DNA of 11,139 bases, taken from positions 1 to 11,139 of the forward strand of contig JBBRDV010000044.1 in the NCBI GenBank assembly GCA_038203565.1. Reading direction: 5' to 3'. The notes below the pieces were generated by a model. It worked only from the letters and a program-made list of their open reading frames with translations, did no database searches and was not told where the DNA came from. Position 1 is the first letter of the stretch, and each line of letters starts with the position of its first letter. Of this stretch, positions 1-7,191 are shown piece after piece. The position numbers and the translations under genes are program-made. The DNA is from Atribacterota bacterium. Lineage in GTDB: Bacteria; Atribacterota; Phoenicimicrobiia; Phoenicimicrobiales; Phoenicimicrobiaceae.

Positions 1-320
1 TCTTAACCACAATAAGGTTTATGTTTCCAGAAGAATCTTACTGGACACCATATGTAATAGTAGAGCTTTTATATATGTCTGTCTTTCCCACTTTTTTAGC
101 TTATACTTTCTGGGATAGGGCTATGCGGAAAGGCAATATTATCTTAGTTGCTTCTCTTTCCTATTTTACTCCTCTACTTTCTATCCTTATCAGTTCTTTG
201 TATCTTCAGGTAGCAGTTAAATCTAATCTCTGGATTGCCTGTGGTTTGGTTATTGCGGGAGCCGTTATTTGCAAATTTTCCATTATTGATAAAACCCAAA
301 AAGAATCTACCTTTAAATAA
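1..320 (+). CDS. EamA/DMT-family transporter, C-terminal part (YddG-like); 5'-truncated by window edge
   Basis: Frame is open from position 3 (TTA ACC ACA ATA AGG TTT ATG...), so ATG21 is probably internal. Hydrophobic helices with DMT-type motifs 'LAYTFWDRAMRKG' and 'ASLSYFTPLLS'. Stop TAA at 318-320. Confidence 0.85.
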   Translation, partial: LTTIRFMFPEESYWTPYVIVELLYMSVFPTFLAYTFWDRAMRKGNIILVASLSYFTPLLSILISSLYLQVAVKSNLWIACGLVIAGAVICKFSIIDKTQKESTFK

Positions 321-385
321 AATTAAATTTAATTAAGTTAAATTTCCTATATATAGCGCTATCTGTTAGATTTTTTTTGAAAAAA

Positions 386-414
386 GAAGGATTTTAAAAT
401 ATTATGGAGTATAT
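386..414 (+). promoter_or_regulatory. Putative sigmaH-like promoter for the aldolase gene
   Basis: GAAGGATTT(386-394)-N11-GGAGTATAT(406-414) resembles the SigH consensus RNAGGAWWW-N11/12-RNNGAAT. The -10 part is imperfect. Confidence 0.35.
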
Positions 415-453
415 AAATATAATAAGGAAAAATAAAAATATGAGGATAGAGAT

Positions 454-1107
454 ATGAAATTGGAAATATCAGAAAAGTTTAGAAGATTGATAGTCGATAG
501 CGGGCGAGAATTATATAAGCAGAATTTAACCATCGGGACCTGGGGAAATATTAGTGTTTTGGATTCTGAAACAGGCCTGGTTTATATTAAACCAAGCGGT
601 ATGGATTATAATAAAATCAACCTTGAAGATGTCATTGTGATTAATAAGCAAGGTAAAATAATTGAGGGATTTAGAAAGCCCTCTATTGAGATGCCTATGC
701 ATCTTTCCATATATAATGCCAGGAAGGATGTAGGAGCCATAGTGCACTATCATCCCATTTATTCGAGCGTGTTAGCAGTAACCGGTTTCAGTCTTCCGGG
801 AATTTGTGAAGATTTTGTTCAGATAGTGGGAGAAAAAGTTTTATGTGCCAAATATGCTTTACCAGGTTCAGATGAGTTAGCTGAGAACGCAGTTGCCAGC
901 TTAGGAAATAGAAATGCAGTTTTTCTTCTAAATCACGGGACTCTCTGCGTGGGGAAAGATATGAAAGAGGCGATGAAGGTTTGCTGCGTGGTTGAAAAAA
1001 CAGCCCATATTTATATTTTAAGCAAAAGCGTAGGTAAGTGTAGAATAATCCCTGAAGAAGATATTAAGGCAATGCAGGATTTTGCTAGAAATAATTATGG
1101 GAACTAA
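454..1107 (+). CDS. Class II aldolase/adducin family protein (L-fuculose-1-phosphate aldolase / AraD-like), substrate uncertain
   Basis: 217 aa. Motifs GNIS, KPSG, PSIE..MH (catalytic Glu), zinc ligands H-Y-H (VHYHP) and NHG. GAGG RBS upstream. Confidence 0.9.
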   Translation: MKLEISEKFRRLIVDSGRELYKQNLTIGTWGNISVLDSETGLVYIKPSGMDYNKINLEDVIVINKQGKIIEGFRKPSIEMPMHLSIYNARKDVGAIVHYHPIYSSVLAVTGFSLPGICEDFVQIVGEKVLCAKYALPGSDELAENAVASLGNRNAVFLLNHGTLCVGKDMKEAMKVCCVVEKTAHIYILSKSVGKCRIIPEEDIKAMQDFARNNYGN

Positions 1108-1239
1108 ACAGAAAAAAAAGAGAGAATATAATTAAAGTTTATTATGTTTTATTTTTCTAAAGTAATGAAATAGAAAACATTACTACAAATATTTAAAAGG
1201 GTTACAACAAATTTCACTCTAAATTTTAAGAGGTAATGT

Positions 1240-3663
1240 ATGACCATTCGTAAAAAAACAATAATTGTAATTATCATAACATTTATAATGTTGATTGTAA
1301 TTTTATATTACGTCCTAGGAAGCGTTTTTCAACAGGGATTTATTCAACTGGAAGAACAGGATATTAACAACAATATTAAGCGAGTCCTAAATATTCTATC
1401 TCGTGAGATCGATACCTTAGACACTTATAATTGGGATTGGGCAGCATGGGATGATACATATGCTTTTATCGAAGATGCTAATAAAGAGTATATTAAATCA
1501 AATCTTATAGATTCAACTTTCATAGGAGGAAGGCTTAATTTGATGTTATTTATTAATTCTTCTAACCAGATTGTATTCGGTAAAGCATTTAATTTAGAGG
1601 AGGAAGAAGAAATACCAATCCCTGAGGACTTACAGAAACATCTTCTTCCTGATAGCTTCCTTATTAAACATAGTGATACTGATAGCAATGTTAAAGGAAT
1701 TATTCTTCTTTCGGAAGCCCCCATACTTGTTACTTCACGGTCTATACTTACCAGTGAGAATGAAGGACCTATTCGTGGCACGTTGATTATGGGACGCTAT
1801 CTAAACTCAGTAGAAATCGAGCAGCTTGCAGAGATAAGCCATTTAACTCTTACTATTGAAGAGTTCAATGATTCTCAAGCTTCTCCCGATTTTCAAAAAA
1901 CATTTTCTGCTCTATCAGAAGAAGAACCAATATTTATTCAACCATTAAATGATGAATTAATAGCAGGATATGTTTTAATAAAGGATATTTATGGAGAACC
2001 TATCCTGGTTTTAAAAGCTGACTTTCCTCGAGATATTTATAAGCAGGGGCAAATTACTCTCCGTTATTTTATCTTTTTAATCCTTGCTATTTGTGTGGCG
2101 TTTGGCGTATTAGTATTGTTATCTTTGGATAAATTAATACTTACCCCCTTAACAGGTGTTAACAAATCTGTAGATGTTATTGCTTCAACCGATGATTTAT
2201 CTCTGCGTATTCCCACAAAAGGAAAAGATGAAATATCAAAACTTTCCAATACAATTAACCTTATGCTTGAAAAATTAGAAGAGTCAAGAAGAGAATTGTG
2301 GGATAGTAGGGAACTTTATAAGAATTTATTTGAAAATATGCCTGGAGCCTATTATCAAGTAGACACAGAGGGAGATGTTCTAATAGTAAATCCTCCCGGA
2401 GCCAAATTGCTGGGTTATAACTCTCCCGAAGAGATGATAGGAAAAAATGTGGCTAAGGATTTATATTATATTCCCGAAGATAGAAAGATATTTTTAGAAG
2501 AACTTGAAAAGAGAAAAGGAAGTGTCAAGGGCTATGAAGTAACCCTAAAAAGAAGAGATGGCACCCCGGTTACTGTCTCTACTTCCAGCCATTACTGTTA
2601 TGATGAAAAAGGTAATATTATTGGAGTGGAAGGTATCTTTGTAGATATTACTGAACGCAATCAAAGCGAAAGACTCCAACAGGTCCTATACAATATCTCT
2701 AAAGCTGCCAATTCACCTATATCTCTTAACCAACTTTATAAAACTATTCATCAAGAATTAGGCACCATAATCGACACCACTAATTTTTATATTGCTCTGG
2801 TCGATGAGAAAGAAGATAATATCTACTTTCCTTATCACGTAGATGAGAAAGATGATAATTTCCCTATCATTAACTTTAGCACTGCCAACACCCTTACTGC
2901 CTATGTTATAAAAAATGGTCAACCTCTTCTAAATGATAATAATAAATATAAGGAAATGGTAAATCAAGGGATATTATCCCCCTGGGGCAGTACCACCCCT
3001 CAGAGCATCTGGTTAGGAGTCCCCTTAAAGATAGAAGATAAAACTATTGGGGTTATAGCCGTCCAGAGTTACAACAATCCTGAACTTTACTCTGAAAAAG
3101 ATATTGGACTTTTAGAGTTTGTCTCCTCTCAGGTGGCGACTGCTATAGAAAGAAAGAGAGTGGAAGAGGAACTAAAGAGATTAGCCCATTACGATACCCT
3201 TACCGGAGCCTATAATAGAGGGTATGGTTTAGAGCTTCTTCAAAGAGAGTTAAAATTAGCCAAAAGAAACAAATCCTCTTTATTGTTAGCCTATAGTGAT
3301 TTAGATAATCTAAAAGATATCAATGATAAATTTAGTCATGAAGAAGGGGATAGGGTTATGGTCCAAGTAGCAAAACTCTTTAAATCTATTTTAAGGGAGG
3401 TAGATATTATCACTCGGATGGGAGGGGATGAATTTTTAGTAATCTTCTTAGATAGTTCCTTAAACGAAATACCGATAATTAGAAAGAGATTAAGCAAGGA
3501 ATTAACCCGATTAAATCAGATTTCCAAGAAACCTTATAAAATAGGATTTAGCACAGGATTTTCTAATTATGACCCAGCCAAACCTTTATCTATGGATGAA
3601 TTGATCAGAATAGCCGACGAAGAGATGTATAAAGAGAAGAAGAGTAAAAATAAGGGAAGATAA
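1240..3663 (+). CDS. Membrane-bound diguanylate cyclase: TM-CHASE4-TM-HAMP-PAS-GAF-GGDEF
   Basis: 807 aa. N-terminal TM; CHASE4 signature '[11 protein letters not shown]...GTLIMGRYL'; second TM; HAMP '[25 protein letters not shown]'; PAS ending '[11 protein letters not shown]'; GAF '[19 protein letters not shown]'; 'DTLTGAYNR' and intact RMGGDEF with an RxxD I-site (REVD). GAGG RBS upstream. Confidence 0.93.
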   Translation: MTIRKKTIIVIIITFIMLIVILYYVLGSVFQQGFIQLEEQDINNNIKRVLNILSREIDTLDTYNWDWAAWDDTYAFIEDANKEYIKSNLIDSTFIGGRLNLMLFINSSNQIVFGKAFNLEEEEEIPIPEDLQKHLLPDSFLIKHSDTDSNVKGIILLSEAPILVTSRSILTSENEGPIRGTLIMGRYLNSVEIEQLAEISHLTLTIEEFNDSQASPDFQKTFSALSEEEPIFIQPLNDELIAGYVLIKDIYGEPILVLKADFPRDIYKQGQITLRYFIFLILAICVAFGVLVLLSLDKLILTPLTGVNKSVDVIASTDDLSLRIPTKGKDEISKLSNTINLMLEKLEESRRELWDSRELYKNLFENMPGAYYQVDTEGDVLIVNPPGAKLLGYNSPEEMIGKNVAKDLYYIPEDRKIFLEELEKRKGSVKGYEVTLKRRDGTPVTVSTSSHYCYDEKGNIIGVEGIFVDITERNQSERLQQVLYNISKAANSPISLNQLYKTIHQELGTIIDTTNFYIALVDEKEDNIYFPYHVDEKDDNFPIINFSTANTLTAYVIKNGQPLLNDNNKYKEMVNQGILSPWGSTTPQSIWLGVPLKIEDKTIGVIAVQSYNNPELYSEKDIGLLEFVSSQVATAIERKRVEEELKRLAHYDTLTGAYNRGYGLELLQRELKLAKRNKSSLLLAYSDLDNLKDINDKFSHEEGDRVMVQVAKLFKSILREVDIITRMGGDEFLVIFLDSSLNEIPIIRKRLSKELTRLNQISKKPYKIGFSTGFSNYDPAKPLSMDELIRIADEEMYKEKKSKNKGR

Positions 3664-3691
3664 TAAATTAGTCGTTAGTAAATATTAATTC

Positions 3692-3708
3692 GTATCGAGT
3701 ATCGAGTA
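3692..3708 (+). repeat. Heptamer tandem repeat (GTATCGA)x2.4
   Basis: GTATCGA GTATCGA GTA read directly from the sequence. Confidence 0.7.
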
Positions 3709-3726
3709 AAAAACTGGGATTAAAGT

Positions 3727-3750
3727 GTAGGGGCACGATGCATCGCGCTC
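3727..3750 (+). repeat. GTAG-type REP-like palindrome, copy 1
   Basis: GTAG followed by GGGCACGATG|CATCGCGCTC (imperfect 20-bp palindrome). 3726-3745 is identical over 20 bp to 8567-8586. Confidence 0.75.
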
Positions 3751-3864
3751 TTCCTATATTACTGTTTTTACCTGTTTTTATTTTCTTATAATCTATTCCT
3801 AACTAACTAATTTACTTTATATTTATTCTTTGTATTTTCTTTACTAACGACTATTTTAGCCAGG

Positions 3865-4767
3865 TTAAGGGACAATCAATTTTAATCTTTTTGGCAGAAT
3901 AGTGATGGTAAATTCCTTCTGACCTTCAATCACTTCACCGCTTACCTGAGCCAGAATAGGTTCTGAAGATTGAATTACTACTTCTTTAGCTCTATAAAAG
4001 TTTATCCCCTTAATACTTTCATGTGTACCTTTAAATACTTTAGGGATACTCATAAGATATTTGAATCTTCCCATTTCTTCTACTGTACATACTTCGAACA
4101 AACCATCATCTAAGATAGCTTCCGGAGTAATTTTAAATCTTCCTCCGTAGAATTTTCCATTACCAATAGCAATAAATAGAATTTTAGAATGGATTTCTTG
4201 CCCATCAAATTTTATCTTCACATTATGGAAGCTAAAAGGAGAAAGAAGTTTTTTTATGGTAGCAAAGACGTAAATAAAAGCACCAAGACTATTCCAGTTG
4301 GGGTGAGTATTTTTAATTTGATTAGCCAGATGAGCTACTTCTGCATCAAATCCTATCCCACAGAGGTTGGCAAAATATATCTGGTCATTAATTACTCCTA
4401 CATCTATTTTTTTAATCTTGCCTTTAATTAAAATTTTGCAAGCTTCAATTATATCAGAGGGAATGTTCGTGCTTTTAATAAAATCATTAGCCCATCCTAA
4501 AGGAATTATTCCCAAGGAAGGATTATTTTTTGATTTCATAATTCCATTTACTATTTCATTGGCTGTTCCGTCCCCGCCTACTGATACAATGAGTTCTGCG
4601 CCGTTGTCAGCAGCCTTTTGGGCTAGTTCCACCGCTTCTCCTTGATGGGAAGTGGTGCACATTTTAAAATTTAGTCCGTTTTCTTTTAGATATTTTAAGA
4701 CTGTATTTAAATGTTTATGGGGTTTCCCCCCGCCTGCCGTTAAATTAACTATAAGTTCTGCTTTCAA
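3865..4767 (-). CDS. Diacylglycerol/lipid kinase family protein (YegS/DgkB/BmrU)
   Basis: 300 aa. TTG start with AGGAGA RBS (4780-4775). Motifs N..AGGG, VGGDGT.NE, IPLG.ANDF, GIGFDA, GNGKFYGG, DDGLFEV. Confidence 0.92.
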   Translation of the reverse strand: MKAELIVNLTAGGGKPHKHLNTVLKYLKENGLNFKMCTTSHQGEAVELAQKAADNGAELIVSVGGDGTANEIVNGIMKSKNNPSLGIIPLGWANDFIKSTNIPSDIIEACKILIKGKIKKIDVGVINDQIYFANLCGIGFDAEVAHLANQIKNTHPNWNSLGAFIYVFATIKKLLSPFSFHNVKIKFDGQEIHSKILFIAIGNGKFYGGRFKITPEAILDDGLFEVCTVEEMGRFKYLMSIPKVFKGTHESIKGINFYRAKEVVIQSSEPILAQVSGEVIEGQKEFTITILPKRLKLIVP

Positions 4768-4769
4768 TT

Positions 4770-6437
4770 TTATTTCTCCTTTATATGAATATTGTTTACT
4801 AAGATTTTATAAGTATCTGGTTTCCTATTTAAGATTGTATTGGTATGGGGGACAATATCTTTATTTCGAGAAAGCAAAAGGTTAAGCGAAGAAAGGCTGG
4901 CTTGTTCGGTTTTACCTAGACAAGAGGTTAATATTTGTCCTGAAGGAGAAGTAATTAAGCTATGACCATTACTTTGATGAGAAATAGAATTAGAACAAGC
5001 GACAAATATTTTGTTTTCTGCTCCCCTGCTGCGGCAGATATTTATCTGTCTATCATTAATAAATTTACTGGGCCAGATAATTAGATCAGCTCCTTTAAGG
5101 GTGAGGGTACGGGCTATTTCAGGGAAAATTCCTTCATAACCCATCATTACCCCTATATATCCATAAGAAGTTCTAAATACCGGAAGGCCTAAATCTCCAG
5201 GAGAAAAAAGAAGCTTTTCTTCTCTTTCTAAATGGGTTTTTCGGTATTTTCCCCGTAGTTTACCTGATTCGATAAGACAAGTAGTTTTATAATTGGACCC
5301 CTCTACTTTTTCGACTAGGGTAATAGCGCAGAGCACTTTCCTATCTTTGGTGATTTGCTTGATTTTATGAATGATCTCTTCTCCATTTTCGGGGAAGATA
5401 AAATCACATTCCGGAAAGATAATAATATCAGTCTCTTGTTCTAATAAATTATTTACAAAGAATTCTATCTTTTGGAGATATTCTCTAAAATTATCTTCGA
5501 ATTCTATTTGCACTACTGCGGTAAGCGGATTTGGATTTTTGGGACCAGTCTTTTTTTTCATTATGGAATAGACCGGCAAAGTATCAGTGGGTTGAACTAA
5601 TTCGGAATATAATTCCGGTTTTCTATCATTAATTATGTTAATTTGGTTATCGATGGATTTATCCAAAGCTTCCTCAAGGGAAATTTCATAAAAGAGAATC
5701 TCTTCCTGGCAAGAAGAGGCAATTTTGGCTATCTGGCCATTGGGTGCAAAGACAGCGCTTTTTCCACAATATAATATACTCTTTGCCTCCATTCCCACTT
5801 TATTGGCAGCAATTATCCAGACTCGGTTTTCTAGGGCTCGTGTAGGAATCATATATTCTACCTGAGGGTTGGTAAGGTTTTCTTTCTCAAATCCTGAGGT
5901 GACCCAGTTAGTAAGGTCAAGCAAAATATCCGCTCCCTGTAAACTCAAACAACGGACTATTTCAGGGAGTCGTCCATCAGAACAGACAAACATTCCTATT
6001 TTCCCGAATTCGGTCTCAATTACCGGATATTGTTCACCGGCGCAGAACCAGTGAGAATCAAAATGCCAAAGGTAAGATTTTCGGAAGCGGCTTATCTCCT
6101 GACCTTCCGGATTGATAAGTAAAGCAGAATTGTAAAGAATATTTTCGATTGAATCAGTTTCAACTATCCCTAAAGCTATGTAGCAGTTATACAGTTTAGC
6201 CCTTTGTTTCACTTCGGCAATTAGTTCCAGAGTTGATTTCTGGAATTCTAAAGGATTTTTCACAATAAGTGGAGAAATATAATAAGCCGGATAAACACAT
6301 TCCGGTAAAACCATTAATTGAGGGTGTGAATCCGCTGCCTTGTCAATCATTCTTAAGATATTATCTTTATTTTCAAATCTATCACTATACTCCCGTGCGC
6401 TTACTTGAAGACAAGCTATTTTTAATTTATTAATCAT
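4770..6437 (-). CDS. Tandem (two-domain) carbon-nitrogen hydrolase / nitrilase superfamily protein
   Basis: 555 aa. Domain 1 has LPE, RKSYL, VCSDGRLPE (E-K-C triad). Domain 2 has FPE, YRKTHL, MGYEGIFPE. Both end in a similar tail (DRKPELYSEL / NRKPDTYKIL). GGAGG RBS upstream. Confidence 0.9.
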   Translation of the reverse strand: MINKLKIACLQVSAREYSDRFENKDNILRMIDKAADSHPQLMVLPECVYPAYYISPLIVKNPLEFQKSTLELIAEVKQRAKLYNCYIALGIVETDSIENILYNSALLINPEGQEISRFRKSYLWHFDSHWFCAGEQYPVIETEFGKIGMFVCSDGRLPEIVRCLSLQGADILLDLTNWVTSGFEKENLTNPQVEYMIPTRALENRVWIIAANKVGMEAKSILYCGKSAVFAPNGQIAKIASSCQEEILFYEISLEEALDKSIDNQINIINDRKPELYSELVQPTDTLPVYSIMKKKTGPKNPNPLTAVVQIEFEDNFREYLQKIEFFVNNLLEQETDIIIFPECDFIFPENGEEIIHKIKQITKDRKVLCAITLVEKVEGSNYKTTCLIESGKLRGKYRKTHLEREEKLLFSPGDLGLPVFRTSYGYIGVMMGYEGIFPEIARTLTLKGADLIIWPSKFINDRQINICRSRGAENKIFVACSNSISHQSNGHSLITSPSGQILTSCLGKTEQASLSSLNLLLSRNKDIVPHTNTILNRKPDTYKILVNNIHIKEK

Positions 6438-6461
6438 TGAGAAATCCTCCTTCCTTTATAT

Positions 6462-6490
6462 ACTTTCTACAAATAATTTAAAATTCCTGC
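6462..6490 (-). promoter_or_regulatory. Putative sigmaH-like promoter for the CN-hydrolase/lipid kinase operon
   Basis: Minus strand reads GCAGGAATT-N11-GTAGAAAGT, matching the SigH-type AGGA...GAA pattern and spacing. Confidence 0.45.
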
Positions 6491-6496
6491 TATAAT
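6488..6496 (+). promoter_or_regulatory. Putative extended -10 (sigma70-type) promoter for the GNAT gene
   Basis: TGcTATAAT at 6488-6496. No clear -35. Confidence 0.4.
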
Positions 6497-6531
6497 AGAA
6501 TAGAAAATAAATTTTTATTTTTTTAAAGAGG

Positions 6532-6560
6532 TAACATTTTGTACCGGGTATAAAATGTTA
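6532..6560. promoter_or_regulatory. 29-bp near-perfect palindrome (operator or RNA hairpin)
   Basis: TAACATTTTGTACC-G-GGTATAAAATGTTA: 14-bp arms with one G.T mismatch. Confidence 0.6.
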
Positions 6561-6581
6561 TATTTTGGAAAGAGGGAGGAT

Positions 6582-7112
6582 ATGCTTAAAGGAAAATTAG
6601 TAAATTTAAGGGCTGTGGAGAAGAAAGACCTGGAGGAAATTATGAAATGGGTAAATGACCGGGAGGTTACTCAATATTTATCTGCCTTTCTATATCCGGT
6701 TTCTCGGTTGGAAGAGGAAAAGTTTTTAGAAAGAGCGATGAATCATAATGATACAGAGAAGCATCTGGCTATGGAGACCAAAGAAGGAGATTATATAGGT
6801 CAGATTAGTTTACATAAAATTGATTGGAAGAATAGAAATGCAGAATTGGGGATTGTCATCGGCAATAAAGAATGCTGGGGTAAGGGTTATGGTACAGATG
6901 CCATAAAGACCCTGCTTAGCCATGCCTTTAATCAGATGAATTTATACAAAATATATCTTCGAGTTTTCGATTATAATCATAGGGGTGTACGCTGTTATGA
7001 GAAATGCGGATTTAAAGAAGAGGGAAAGTTAAGAAAAGGTCAATTTTATAGCGGAAAGTATTATGATGTAATCTTAATGGGGATATTAAAAGATGAGTTT
7101 GAAAGTTTTTAA
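6582..7112 (+). CDS. GNAT family N-acetyltransferase, RimJ/RimL/SpeG-like (Acetyltransf_3)
   Basis: 'VNLRAVEKKDL', 'AELGIVIG...WGKGYGTDA', 'N.RGVRCYEKCGFKEEG.LR'. I prefer ATG6582, which follows the purine-rich AAAGAGGGAGGA, over ATG6555, which lies inside the palindrome and has no RBS. Confidence 0.9.
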   Translation: MLKGKLVNLRAVEKKDLEEIMKWVNDREVTQYLSAFLYPVSRLEEEKFLERAMNHNDTEKHLAMETKEGDYIGQISLHKIDWKNRNAELGIVIGNKECWGKGYGTDAIKTLLSHAFNQMNLYKIYLRVFDYNHRGVRCYEKCGFKEEGKLRKGQFYSGKYYDVILMGILKDEFESF

Positions 7113-7127
7113 TAAAAGATATAGTAT
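7099..7127 (+). promoter_or_regulatory. Possible sigma70 promoter for rarA
   Basis: TTGAAA(7099-7104)-N17-TAGTAT(7122-7127). The AT-rich context lowers specificity. Confidence 0.25.
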
Positions 7128-7191
7128 AATAAAGAGAAATATAATAGAGAGACAAGAATAAAAATATAAAGAATATTTTGGTGGAATTTAA

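Larger units (their letters stand above)
3664..3858. repeat. Intergenic segment bounded by 19-bp inverted repeats (possible MITE-like element or long stem-loop)
   Basis: TAAATTAGTCGTTAGTAAA (3664-3682) matches the reverse complement of 3840-3858 (TAAAATAGTCGTTAGTAAA) at 18/19 positions. The core 14 bp (3669-3682 / 3840-3853) is perfect. Confidence 0.6.

Noticed and set aside
321..378. AT-rich palindromes (AATTAAATTTAATT, ATAGCGCTAT) and ATCT-GTT-AGAT plus T-tract after the DMT gene
   Set aside because: Stems are too weak or low-complexity to call a terminator or operator.
1108..1239. c-di-GMP riboswitch or other ncRNA upstream of the DGC
   Set aside because: Very AT-rich, with no recognisable GEMM motif or stable stems.
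526..2249. Minus-strand ORFs 526-753, 1425-1781 and 2064-2249
   Set aside because: Antisense shadows of well-supported genes with no recognisable motifs.
4189..6054. Plus-strand ORFs 4189-4431, 4367-4645, 4652-4885, 5371-5571 and 5869-6054
   Set aside because: Antisense to the lipid kinase and CN-hydrolase genes, with no family signal.
6555..6581. Longer GNAT start at ATG6555 (likewise the ThiF start at ATG8579)
   Set aside because: Both ATGs lie within palindromic elements and lack an RBS, while the downstream ATGs (6582, 8606) have one.
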